Of a stretch of 46,553 bases of DNA, positions 8,858-17,873 are shown piece after piece (position 1 is the stretch's first letter; the number at the start of each line of letters is the position of its first letter). The notes under the pieces were generated by a model that was not told the DNA's origin, ran no database searches, and saw only the letters and a program-made list of their open reading frames with translations. The DNA is from a virus. Lineage: Duplodnaviria > Caudoviricetes. Made by a program: the position numbers and the translations under genes. The stretch lies in the IMG/VR virus record IMGVR_UViG_3300024998_000004, positions 1 through 46,553 of that record. The stretch is one strand, 5' to 3'.

Positions 8858-10035
8858 TATTGGGCCCTCCTATTCGATAATCCGGCTAATCCGTTGACGG
8901 CGCCAGGAATCGGTTGCACTGGCTTTCTTCCGCTCAGCATTGCCAATCCCGCAGCGTTGATATTATGAATGAACGGCTCTCCCACCAGTTGCACCGCCTC
9001 TGCATTCAGAACAGCCTCGCCATTTGATACCCGGATGGGCGTTTTTCCTTCAATTGTCGCTGGGATTGAATCGCTCGTTCCCGTACCAGATCCCTCGATC
9101 ATTCCGCCTTCGGCATAGCCTCTTCTACGTAATCCGTAATTCGACAATCTAGGACGATAGCCTGACGATAACCCGTATGCTCTGTTGTGCTTGATCACGC
9201 CCCCTGTTCTCAATGCTGACATCATGGCCATTCCCCCCAACGAACCAGCCAGACTTCCCAAGCCTCCCACCATATTGGATAGCGAGTTCTGCTGCTGTGA
9301 CCAGGCATTCAGCTGATTCTGGTACTGATTGTTCAGGATGCCGGCAGCCGAGTTATTACCCGTCATTGCCCCGCCGAACCAGTTCTGCGCAGTTGCTGCG
9401 TTGGCGTTATTGATGGCATTGCCCTGCGAGATATTACCCACCGCCGAATTGCCAGCATTCAGCGCGGTTGAATCAGCCGCAAGCCCAGTATTCGGCATGT
9501 TCCGCCCGAACTGCGCAGCGCCGGTTCTGAGCGCCATCCCCTGGGTAATCGCATTGTTCCGCGCGGTGTTCATCGCCCCAGCTGTATCCTTCGCCTGTGC
9601 AAGACCCGCCTCATTGCTGATAGTCTGAAACTTGCCCGAGTTCGGATTGACCCCCATGCGCTCCATCGCGCGCTGGTTTTGATCCTGTGCGCCCTGGTAG
9701 CTCTTGGTGACATCCGCGCCGGCCTGAGAGGCGAGCATGGCCTGCCGCTCGGGCGAATCGAAGTTCATGGCATCGTCGACCATCTTCGACTCGACCGGTT
9801 GGAACAGGGTTTTGTACAAATTCCACTGTTCATCGGAACGCTGATTGTTGGTATCGGCGGTGTCAATTTGCTGCTGAGCTATTTTCTGGATCAGCGGGTC
9901 CTGCCACTCGGATTGCTGCTTGTTGTACGCGAGTTGCTCTTTCGCCAAGTCGAGTTGTTGCTGGGCGATGTCAGCCTGCTGCATGGCAGCTTGGCCGATT
10001 GCTGGGTCAGGACGCGGAGGTTTTGAGCTACACAT
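8857..10035 (-). CDS. Putative internal virion / DNA ejection (pilot-like) protein
   Basis: 392 aa, MCSSKPP start, Gln/Ala/Asn-rich helices, Gly-rich hydrophobic segment GGLGSLAGSLGGMAMM; 1-nt stop/start overlap with next gene. Confidence 0.72.
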   Translation of the reverse strand: MCSSKPPRPDPAIGQAAMQQADIAQQQLDLAKEQLAYNKQQSEWQDPLIQKIAQQQIDTADTNNQRSDEQWNLYKTLFQPVESKMVDDAMNFDSPERQAMLASQAGADVTKSYQGAQDQNQRAMERMGVNPNSGKFQTISNEAGLAQAKDTAGAMNTARNNAITQGMALRTGAAQFGRNMPNTGLAADSTALNAGNSAVGNISQGNAINNANAATAQNWFGGAMTGNNSAAGILNNQYQNQLNAWSQQQNSLSNMVGGLGSLAGSLGGMAMMSALRTGGVIKHNRAYGLSSGYRPRLSNYGLRRRGYAEGGMIEGSGTGTSDSIPATIEGKTPIRVSNGEAVLNAEAVQLVGEPFIHNINAAGLAMLSGRKPVQPIPGAVNGLAGLSNRRAQ

Positions 10036-10058
10036 AGTATATTGATCCTTAAAGAATA

Positions 10059-10634
10059 TTAGTAAACATGCCGCCAGATTTTATGTTGTTTTACTAGACC
10101 AATTATGGTTTTACCTACTCCCAATTCATCAGCGATCTGTCGAGCCGTTCGACAATCTTTCCGGATGCTTCTTACCAACTCGTCGTTCAATTTCGCATTC
10201 CACTTTTCCTCACCTTTTACACTTATCCGACGACCTTTCGCGTCCATATCTGCTACATTGTCAGCGTTTGTGCCTACAAATAAGTGATCTGGATTAACAC
10301 AAATGCGGTTGTCGCACTTGTGGAGAACATGCATGCGGCTCTTGATAGAACCGTTTGCGGCCTCCCATGCTGCGCGGTGCGTAGACACGCTTTTTCTATT
10401 TATCGTTATGCTTCCGTAACCAGTTTCAGGGTGTCTTGTACCAGTCCATTCAACGCATCCAGTCTCAGGAATATATTGGCTGTGAAAATTCAGGCGATCC
10501 TGAATCGTTACACCAATAGCTCGTTTCCTAGAAATTATTCCTTTTTCCAGAGCACTTCGATAATGCCTGTTACACATACCCCGCTTTACCGCCTGCATGC
10601 CACACCCAATCACGCCGCACACTCCTACCTGCAT
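10059..10634 (-). CDS. HNH homing endonuclease (HNH_3 type) with C-terminal HTH
   Basis: GCVEWTG...GYGSI...THRAAWE...VLHKCDNRICVNPDHLFVGTNADNVADM; N-terminal CxxxGC...CxxHY motif; AT-richer than neighbours. Confidence 0.92.
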   Translation of the reverse strand: MQVGVCGVIGCGMQAVKRGMCNRHYRSALEKGIISRKRAIGVTIQDRLNFHSQYIPETGCVEWTGTRHPETGYGSITINRKSVSTHRAAWEAANGSIKSRMHVLHKCDNRICVNPDHLFVGTNADNVADMDAKGRRISVKGEEKWNAKLNDELVRSIRKDCRTARQIADELGVGKTIIGLVKQHKIWRHVY

Positions 10635-11239
10635 TCTGAATCCTCCAGAATTTTGGTGAAACCGGTTTCAACTTGGCGATAACCCAAGAACTGAAAAAAC
10701 TTCCCAGCCTTATTTACCATCTTGACCGTGATGCAGATCTCCTTCGCGCCGAGCTGGCGCAGCGAGTTCTCGACGTAGGCAACGAAGCGCATAGCCGTTC
10801 TTCCCTTGCGCGCTTCCGGCAGCAGGTACAACGTGTCCTCAGTCGCGATCAGCGTCTGCGTATGCGCGCTTCTATCCAGGTACATAGCGCAGTTTCCAAG
10901 CAGCGCCCCATCCCTCCTGAGCGTGAAGAGAACATAGCGTCCGGCTCGCTCATAGCGGATAAATGTTCGATAGTCGGGATTGAACGGTAAGCCGTGCCGG
11001 TGCTCTTCGGTCTCGGTCCAATGCGATTTGTGAAGAGGCTTTATCTCTTCCTCGATGTCCTCGATGCGCTCCACGGCAAAGGTGAATTCGCCGGATACTC
11101 CAGGCTTGATCCGCTCGATCACGTCGAATGGAACCAGTGTGGGAATCTGGTCTGCGGCAAGCATGATGTCTGCGGCAAGATCACTTGAAAGTGGCAGACC
11201 TATATTCGCTTTCAGTAAAGAAACAAGGTAATCGTTCAT
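10625..11239 (-). CDS. GNAT-family acetyltransferase-like virion morphogenesis protein
   Basis: EDTLYLLPEARKGRTA acetyl-CoA-binding motif; FFQFLGYRQVE C-terminal motif. Confidence 0.82.
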   Translation of the reverse strand: MNDYLVSLLKANIGLPLSSDLAADIMLAADQIPTLVPFDVIERIKPGVSGEFTFAVERIEDIEEEIKPLHKSHWTETEEHRHGLPFNPDYRTFIRYERAGRYVLFTLRRDGALLGNCAMYLDRSAHTQTLIATEDTLYLLPEARKGRTAMRFVAYVENSLRQLGAKEICITVKMVNKAGKFFQFLGYRQVETGFTKILEDSECR

Positions 11240-12831
11240 CCATCCAACCTATTCAAAATTTGCTCGACCGCATCGCGGACCGAATTGGTGTACTGGTACA
11301 GCGCTTCACATTCCGCCTTCGTTGGGGTTGCGGAAAACGTTAATGTTTGAGCCGAAGGTATCTCGATCGCGTTGCCGCGGCGGCCTATCACCGTCTCTAA
11401 GATGGTGCGGAGCCAATCAGGTGCCGTTGCCGGAATGCCGGGCTTTTTGATGCCCGAAGAGGTCGCCTTGACGCCCGTGAGCGCATCTTCAAACACGATC
11501 CCGTTATTGACGATGCCTGAAGCACTCACGAGATCATTGCGATTCGTGCGCGCCAGGCTGCCCTTTATGATTGTCGTGCCAGAAGCAGAAACGGAATCGT
11601 TGGCATTAGTGACCGCTACTGTTCCGGTTGATCCGGTTGAAACAGTCCCGCTGGCTGAACAGCTATCGTCAGCATTCATCGCAGCCAGGGAGCCGGTTAC
11701 CGTCGTGGTTCCCGCTGCAGCAACCGAATCATCGGCATTCGTTCTCGCAAGTGATCCGATAACGGTAGTCGTTCCACTCGCTGCGCTTGTGTCGTCAGCG
11801 TTCGTATAGTTGACCGAACCGCTAACGCTTGATCCAACCGAACCGCTGGCGCTTACCGTGTCATTCGCATTTGTAACGGCCAGCGCACCGGTGACCATGG
11901 TGGTACCGCTCGCCGCAGAGGTGTCATTGGCATTTGTCTTAGCCAAAGACCCTTTGATAGTCGTCGTTCCAGACGCCGCCAGCGTGTCATTACCATTGGT
12001 TCTGGCAAGACTGCCGATTACTGTGGTTGTCCCACTCGCGGCCAACGTATCGTTGGCATTCGTGACATTGACCGTTCCGGTTACGCCGGAGGAAGCCGAC
12101 GCAACCAGATAAAGCTTTCTTTGCGGCGCGAAGATGATGTTTGGATTTGCCGCAATCCTGGCGACAAGTTCATCATCCAGAAACTTGTCAAGGAGATAGA
12201 AGTAGGAAAACCTTGCCGCAAGGTTTGTAGTTCCGCCGCCACGCTGATTTCCGACCCATAGAGGGTTTGTGACAGTTATCGGATTCCGGCCGGTTGTGGA
12301 TGCAACCTGTACGCCATTCCGAAACCAGTCACATGTACCAGCTACTTTATTTCGTAAGGCACCATGCACCGTCTGACCGGTTGGCCAACCAGAAGAAGCG
12401 AGATCGCCACTGTATCCGCGGGTGGAAAAATATAATGTTCCACCAGCTGCCTGAAAGATGTTCCATCCGCTGACGCCGTTGACCGTGCAGTCGGCGACCC
12501 CGCCGAAGCTGGTGAATGAGTCGAATATCCCGCCGAATAGCAGCGTGAATTCCGCGTAGGGAATATTTGCCGTGCCGAAATCAGCATACGTGGTCGAGCC
12601 GTCAAACTTTAACGCCGGACCTGCATCAGTAGAATCAGAAGCCAGTGTGCCATTCAGAGTTGGGTCTTGAATCAGGGACCCGAATTCACCGGTGGCGTTG
12701 TTTCCGCGCCACCCATTCACGTCGCCATACTGGATTATGGCGTTGGATACCCCGGCAAGAATCGGGTGCGAAGCGTCTACCCTTGAACGCTTCGGTGGCT
12801 GCGACGTGTATCGCCGCGGCAGGATGAGCAT
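11236..12831 (-). CDS. Virion/fibre-like protein: LamG/ConA-like domain + ~21-aa Thr/Ser/Asn repeats + C-terminal helical domain
   Basis: ALKFDG...WFRNGVQV...PLWVG LamG-like motifs; tandem TNANDT repeats; ATGA overlap with GNAT gene. Confidence 0.7.
   Translation of the reverse strand: MLILPRRYTSQPPKRSRVDASHPILAGVSNAIIQYGDVNGWRGNNATGEFGSLIQDPTLNGTLASDSTDAGPALKFDGSTTYADFGTANIPYAEFTLLFGGIFDSFTSFGGVADCTVNGVSGWNIFQAAGGTLYFSTRGYSGDLASSGWPTGQTVHGALRNKVAGTCDWFRNGVQVASTTGRNPITVTNPLWVGNQRGGGTTNLAARFSYFYLLDKFLDDELVARIAANPNIIFAPQRKLYLVASASSGVTGTVNVTNANDTLAASGTTTVIGSLARTNGNDTLAASGTTTIKGSLAKTNANDTSAASGTTMVTGALAVTNANDTVSASGSVGSSVSGSVNYTNADDTSAASGTTTVIGSLARTNADDSVAAAGTTTVTGSLAAMNADDSCSASGTVSTGSTGTVAVTNANDSVSASGTTIIKGSLARTNRNDLVSASGIVNNGIVFEDALTGVKATSSGIKKPGIPATAPDWLRTILETVIGRRGNAIEIPSAQTLTFSATPTKAECEALYQYTNSVRDAVEQILNRLDG
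11514..12084 (-). repeat. About 9 degenerate ~63-bp coding repeats (GSLAxTNANDTxAASGTTT)
   Basis: Read directly in the translation. Confidence 0.85.
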
Positions 12832-13271
12832 TAGGTGCCTACGGCGGTTATATCGGCCTTGTAGATGGCGCCGGAGGTAAGCGCCACGCCCATATCATTT
12901 TTGACCACCAGCTTAAGATACCTTGCAATCGGAAGATCAGACAATTTCATAAATCGGCGATGCGTGCCGGTTGATTGGATCGTGAACGCCCCTACCCACT
13001 GCAGATCTCCCTCATCGGTCGTGGTCGTGCCGCTCGTCGGCCCTGTTCCAAAATTCGTGCTATCGAGTGAAAGTTGCGCCCACACCAGAATACGTTTGTT
13101 ACCGCTAGGAGTTGACCCAGGGGTTACCTCGATTTCCAACGTTACATCGGTGGGTATTGTCGCCCCAAGATCGATGGCCGACGATGCGGTATAGGTAGCG
13201 CTCGCGAGCGTTCCCATTGTGAGCAGCGCGGAAGAGCGAGCGCCTTGCGCAAGCGTGAATACTGTAGCCAT
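12831..13271 (-). CDS. Hypothetical beta-rich structural protein
   Basis: 146 aa, Thr/Ser-rich, 1-nt overlaps with both neighbours. Confidence 0.7.
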   Translation of the reverse strand: MATVFTLAQGARSSALLTMGTLASATYTASSAIDLGATIPTDVTLEIEVTPGSTPSGNKRILVWAQLSLDSTNFGTGPTSGTTTTDEGDLQWVGAFTIQSTGTHRRFMKLSDLPIARYLKLVVKNDMGVALTSGAIYKADITAVGT

Positions 13272-13711
13272 TATCGGTTCCTCACCATTTCCTCATCGAC
13301 ATAAGGGAGCCCAAGGACTTCGGCACGAGATGCCTTCTGCAATGCCAGGGCTTTTAAATTCGCGGCCTCAGTCGAAGTAATCACGGCAGCCGTCGCCAAG
13401 GTATCAAGCATTGCCTGTGTGGCAGCATTTCCGATGTCCAGTCCCTCTGACTCTGTCAGGAAGCCAAACGCCCAATTGAGTGCCGATATGGATGGTGTTG
13501 CGGCCTTCAGTTTATCCAATACAGCGGCGGCCGCTGCCGGCCCCCCCGGATAATCCGAGAGAATTCCACGCGCGGTGATCATGCGCGTCTTGACCATCGT
13601 TTCAGTTTGATCATTGAGCAATTCCACCACGCGCCCGGGCTGATCTGGAAGGAATGCAGCATATCCCTTACCGGTCGGATCGTTGGTTATCTCGTCTCCA
13701 AGAACGCTCAT
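13271..13711 (-). CDS. Hypothetical phage protein
   Basis: 146 aa, coupled overlaps; ASRAEVLGLP C-terminal motif. Confidence 0.7.
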   Translation of the reverse strand: MSVLGDEITNDPTGKGYAAFLPDQPGRVVELLNDQTETMVKTRMITARGILSDYPGGPAAAAAVLDKLKAATPSISALNWAFGFLTESEGLDIGNAATQAMLDTLATAAVITSTEAANLKALALQKASRAEVLGLPYVDEEMVRNR

Positions 13712-14028
13712 TCAGGCACCTCCACCTTGTCGCCAAGCTTGTCCTTGTCGTACTGCAGATTCATCTCGATGGCCAGGTCATAGAACTTGTACGGCAACTG
13801 GCGCCCGAGCACTTCTTTCTCGTATGCGTGTTTGCAGTGGTCCGGGCCTTGGAACGGCAAGAACAACACATTGACGATCTTCTCCAGTACGCGATAGGTC
13901 GCGATGTGATCCAGCCGGAAACAGCGGGACGACATGGTTTCATCCGCCGAGCCGCCCAGGATGGCATTGGCCTGTTGATCCAGCGCTATGGTCACCTGGT
14001 AGACCCATTCCTTGAACAGGCGCCACAT
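13708..14028 (-). CDS. Conserved hypothetical phage protein
   Basis: IALDQxANAILGGxADETMSSR...DHC motif common in phage tail regions; ATGA overlap. Confidence 0.7.
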   Translation of the reverse strand: MWRLFKEWVYQVTIALDQQANAILGGSADETMSSRCFRLDHIATYRVLEKIVNVLFLPFQGPDHCKHAYEKEVLGRQLPYKFYDLAIEMNLQYDKDKLGDKVEVPE

Positions 14029-14424
14029 TTAGGGGTTTGCCTCGGTAATTACAAAACTGGTGACACTTACCGGCTGAGTGGCAACGATGCTCGTCGTGGT
14101 CAGGTTCAAATCCGATCCAGTGGTCCCGACATCTCCATCCATGACGAATGTCGTGCCATCCGATTTGACTATCCGAAACCATGTGGCCGTTCCGGTAGCG
14201 TTGGCGCTGGAATCCTGAGTAATAGCGTTGAGCGTCAGAACGCCGCCAGAAGCGCCAGGCGCGAACGTGGCGTTGCAGGCCAACTCGGCCAGCAAGGTTG
14301 TGGCGGTGCCGCCCGTTGCCGGCCTGGTGCCGCTGTAAATACGCAGCAAAGCGCTTGCGCCTGCTCGAGTAGTAATCGCGTCCAGCATTGCGTTTCGTAT
14401 TGAAGTGTCATAAGCCAAAGCCAT
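14029..14424 (-). CDS. Hypothetical structural protein (131 aa)
   Basis: Start re-called at MALAYDTSIRNAMLDAIT after GGAGA RBS; LRIYSG...A.ATGTATWFRI...DG.VG motif. Confidence 0.75.
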   Translation of the reverse strand: MALAYDTSIRNAMLDAITTRAGASALLRIYSGTRPATGGTATTLLAELACNATFAPGASGGVLTLNAITQDSSANATGTATWFRIVKSDGTTFVMDGDVGTTGSDLNLTTTSIVATQPVSVTSFVITEANP

Positions 14425-14437
14425 TTCTTTTCTCCAT

Positions 14438-14460
14438 AAAAAAAGCCGCGCGAGGCGGCT
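14438..14460 (-). terminator. Rho-independent terminator
   Basis: AGCCGC-N5-GCGGCT followed by T-run on minus strand. Confidence 0.75.
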
Positions 14461-14527
14461 TGATCTGCTTAAAAACTTCTGTTTTCTGTACATATCCGCA
14501 GTGACATGTACATGGAACCCACATTTC

Positions 14528-16558
14528 CTATGCCTGTTTCAATCCGTCCATCGTTTCTGCCAGCACTACCCCGGTCACCTTCACGTTCCCGGACAACACC
14601 ACTTCCACGTTATCGGACTTGAACCCGCTCGGAAGCCGGAAAGCCTTAGTATTCACCACCGTCTTGCTGAACTTCAGCTCATCGTTGGCCCAAAGCTGGA
14701 ATTGCAGGGAATCGATTGTCAAGGGAGGCAGCGGTTGCATTTCATCCCCGCCGATCTCGTATTCCCCGAGCGAGGGATCGGCTAAACCGTCATTCAGGCC
14801 GGCAGCAATCAGCGCCTCATTTGCGGCGATGATCGCATCATAAGCAGCCTGGGAACCAGAACTCTCCGCCTCCGACATGGAGAAATCCGCGTCGATCTTC
14901 GCGGCACCGTAATTGATCGGGGGCGCTGTGAGGAACTTCTTGCTGCGCCATTCGTAGGAGAGCTTCGTGCCGACATCGCCTTCCCACTGGTAGATTTTCT
15001 TGTCCACGGCGACATAAAGCTTGCCCGTGGCCGGGTCCGCCCATATCTCGGTAATGCGCTGGTTCACCTTCACGAATGACGCAGCTTCGGACTTATCGAT
15101 CACGAACATCAGCGAGCTATCGTTTGCCGAGTAACCTGCGTAGTAGCGGTTATCCGCCGCAGTCGCGATGAACGTGTCCGGGTTCAGTTCTGACCATTCC
15201 TTCTGGGTGAAAAGATCCTTGGTGACAATATCGACCTGCGGCCCTACGATCACCATGCCTTGAGGTGCGGCATATCCCACACCGAACGCAAAACTCGCCA
15301 CGCTGCTCTTGGACATGCACGGCCACGCCACGCCCAGGTTCTGCATGCCGCCACCCATGGTTACCGGATCCACACCGGTAATGGTGAAAGGGTTGCCCTC
15401 GGTCATGCCAACGAGCGTAGTCCCGTTGATGCCAATTGCCACGATGTCCTGATCGTACGTTTGCCGGTAGGCGAGAGGCCAGGCGTAGGGCTTGAATGGC
15501 TCGGAGAAACACACCTCGTTCCCGAAGAACCCGCAGGCGATACCATTCGCCATGATGACAATGCCCCGCATGTTGGCGGGCGGCATGAGCCAGTTGGTCG
15601 ATGGCAGGGTTTCATTGACGGCTGCGACAGTATCCGAGATCGTGTCGCTATAAGTCGTAGTCGCTACCGAAATAGTGACGAGATAGTGATATTCCGTGCC
15701 TGTAGCGCTCGTCAGCGTGCGGTATATGCGCTTGGTCATACCAGAGGTATTGTGGGGCCCCACGCGCGCCCAGGTACCACCAGACGTGTATGTCTGCGTC
15801 GTGGAGAGGATGATCACGACATTGTTGCCGCTGATACTGTAGATGGGGAACGTGCCGTTCAAATCCGTCATGCCGGAGACGGCGGCGAACGTCATTTCCT
15901 CATATGCGCGCAGGCCGAACACACTATTCAGCGTGACCGTGACATAACCTGCAGATGGCGTATCTTTCAATGCGTTCGATATGGTCCCGCTGTTCGGCGG
16001 CGCCGTGTCCATGCCGGACAGGCCCCAGGTTGCGTCTACCTTGCTGGTGGTGACATCCGAAGCCGGAGAAGGCGCGGATTCTTCACCCCATGGCGTCACG
16101 AAGGTATAGACATAGGACCGGCTGACAGTCGTCGAACTCGCTCCGCCTGTAGGCGTTACGGTCGGCTTGGTAATGGGTGGCGTCACTCCCAGGACGTAAC
16201 AGCCAGCGGGATATGGCCCGGTCCCGGCAGTAGCCATATCGTATTCCGACGCGCGGGGTTCCCCGTCACCTGTATAGTAAAACCGCCTCGATGTGTTCCC
16301 GGCAATCGGCGAACGCGCCACATCGACATCACGATCCCAGGCAAGCCACTTTTCGTTGCCGTCCTTCTCCATCCGGAACATGGAAAGAATGTCGCCATCT
16401 ATCACTGGCGCGAACACCAACAGCGGGCCGCTACGTGGGCGCAAGTCTCCGGATGTCAGATTGCAATTGGTCGCTACCTGCGCCTGGTTGGGCGCAAGCA
16501 ACTGCTTTGCCAGTCTCGGAACGAGGCCGGAAAAACCAGCTATGCGGAATGCGGTCAT
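14528..16558 (-). CDS. Tail tubular B / nozzle (head-stabilisation)-like protein
   Basis: 676 aa; FSGLVPR N-terminus, SYVYTFVTPWGEESAPSP, FSEPFKPYAWP, YEWRSKKF, FRLPSG motifs of podoviral nozzle proteins. Confidence 0.78.
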   Translation of the reverse strand: MTAFRIAGFSGLVPRLAKQLLAPNQAQVATNCNLTSGDLRPRSGPLLVFAPVIDGDILSMFRMEKDGNEKWLAWDRDVDVARSPIAGNTSRRFYYTGDGEPRASEYDMATAGTGPYPAGCYVLGVTPPITKPTVTPTGGASSTTVSRSYVYTFVTPWGEESAPSPASDVTTSKVDATWGLSGMDTAPPNSGTISNALKDTPSAGYVTVTLNSVFGLRAYEEMTFAAVSGMTDLNGTFPIYSISGNNVVIILSTTQTYTSGGTWARVGPHNTSGMTKRIYRTLTSATGTEYHYLVTISVATTTYSDTISDTVAAVNETLPSTNWLMPPANMRGIVIMANGIACGFFGNEVCFSEPFKPYAWPLAYRQTYDQDIVAIGINGTTLVGMTEGNPFTITGVDPVTMGGGMQNLGVAWPCMSKSSVASFAFGVGYAAPQGMVIVGPQVDIVTKDLFTQKEWSELNPDTFIATAADNRYYAGYSANDSSLMFVIDKSEAASFVKVNQRITEIWADPATGKLYVAVDKKIYQWEGDVGTKLSYEWRSKKFLTAPPINYGAAKIDADFSMSEAESSGSQAAYDAIIAANEALIAAGLNDGLADPSLGEYEIGGDEMQPLPPLTIDSLQFQLWANDELKFSKTVVNTKAFRLPSGFKSDNVEVVLSGNVKVTGVVLAETMDGLKQA

Positions 16559-16624
16559 GAATTAATGAAGGGAGGGACAGCCACGCTATGCGAGGTCATC
16601 CCACAAACCCTTCAGTAAGAGAGC

Positions 16625-17173
16625 TTAGGCTGAGGCTTGGCTGGCAGCTTCTTCGGCGGCGGCCAATTGATCTCCGATCGCTTCCAGTTCGGCCTCGTAG
16701 CCGTTCTTCAGCGTGTTTTGCAGATGCCTGACTTCCTTCAAGGTGCGTCCGTTGGTTTCATGGACGTATTTTCCTTCACCCTTGCCGGTACCTTCGTTGA
16801 TCAGTTCAGCGGTTACGCGAAACGTACGAGTTGCCATAATTAACTTCTCCACAGTTGAGTTTTGGGCAGGATTGCCCAGATACACCTTCGTTACGACTCT
16901 CCCGTATTTCAGGCGACGGGACTTGCCTATGAGGCCCATGCTCGCCAGATAGCCTTTGATAGCGCGGTGTTCGGTCAGCGTGGGCGCGTCATCCATGGCA
17001 CGGAAGACCATGCCCTTGAATTCATATTCGGTACCGGTGATTTCGATACAGCAGACACCTCGAAACGGGAGCGCAGCGGGGGTTGGATATAGGAATCGGA
17101 TCAGGCCAGCAGTAGGAGACAGCCATTCGATAGTGGCCGTGCCGGATTCCCAGTTGAACTCGATGGGCCTCAT
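16625..17173 (-). CDS. Hypothetical protein; possible internal start at 16837
   Basis: ATGA overlap with upstream gene; internal GGAGAAG-N6-ATG. Confidence 0.6.
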   Translation of the reverse strand: MRPIEFNWESGTATIEWLSPTAGLIRFLYPTPAALPFRGVCCIEITGTEYEFKGMVFRAMDDAPTLTEHRAIKGYLASMGLIGKSRRLKYGRVVTKVYLGNPAQNSTVEKLIMATRTFRVTAELINEGTGKGEGKYVHETNGRTLKEVRHLQNTLKNGYEAELEAIGDQLAAAEEAASQASA

Positions 17174-17385
17174 CGTCTAGACTCAATCTGGTCGAAGATG
17201 GCAGCAATACACCAGTAGCCCCAGATAACCACTCCGATTGAGATACCCATGCCGATCATCAGGAAAATATCGAACACGCGTACCGGGAGCCAGGTGTAAT
17301 ATGACCAAAGCACTGAGCCGTACAGCCATAAGCCGGCAATCGTAACAACCCACGGGGCAAGGTTTTTCACGCCCTGCCCTCGCAT
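17170..17385 (-). CDS. Small 2-TM membrane protein (holin candidate)
   Basis: 71 aa, two hydrophobic helices, directly after endolysin. Confidence 0.55.
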   Translation of the reverse strand: MRGQGVKNLAPWVVTIAGLWLYGSVLWSYYTWLPVRVFDIFLMIGMGISIGVVIWGYWCIAAIFDQIESRR

Positions 17386-17873
17386 ATCGCCCGTTCCTCG
17401 GCCCGCCTTTTTACCAGGCCTGGCAGCACCTTTCTGCCGGGTCCATACTTGAATGCCTCAATGCGCGCGCATGCTTCGGCGTATCGCTCGGAATTAATCA
17501 AATCAATCAGATTGGGCGGCTTGCCCGGCGCAGCCTTGCGGCAGAATGTTCCGACTCCCACGTTATAAGCTAGGCGCACGTAGGCTTCGTACTCGTACTG
17601 GTATAGCGGCACTGTAACGCAACGCCTGACCCCGGCGGCATAAACACCTTCGATCTCATCTAGCAGCCTCACCAGCGAGCGCGTGGGCGTGGTTTTGTCG
17701 CCTATATACACATCTTTGGTTGAGCCGAATCCGATGGTCGGCACATCGCCGGGCACGGGGATATATGCCTCGCCGCGGTATCCTTCATTCACGGCAATCC
17801 CTACCAAAGTCGAAGCGGCCAGCACCATCATGGCCACGGTGGTGCGCGCCTGGGTCGGAGTCAGCTTGATCAT
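17367..17873 (-). CDS. SAR endolysin, GH24 (T4/P21-type) lysozyme
   Basis: Start re-called at MIKLTPTQ (ATGA overlap); weakly hydrophobic N-terminal helix, then EGYRGEAYIPVPGDVPTIGFG catalytic E-D-T; YNVG; LPGLVKRRAEE. Confidence 0.92.
   Translation of the reverse strand: MIKLTPTQARTTVAMMVLAASTLVGIAVNEGYRGEAYIPVPGDVPTIGFGSTKDVYIGDKTTPTRSLVRLLDEIEGVYAAGVRRCVTVPLYQYEYEAYVRLAYNVGVGTFCRKAAPGKPPNLIDLINSERYAEACARIEAFKYGPGRKVLPGLVKRRAEERAICEGRA

Noticed and set aside
10059-10634. Group I intron or intein around the HNH
   Set aside because: Flanking genes appear complete and no intron core or intein motifs are recognisable
15260-16618. 452-aa plus-strand ORF (and similar 435-aa at 25642-26949, 249-aa at 13654-14403, 248-aa at 31289-32035)
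   Set aside because: Antisense shadows of well-supported GC-rich phage genes; Arg/His-rich, no motifs or RBS
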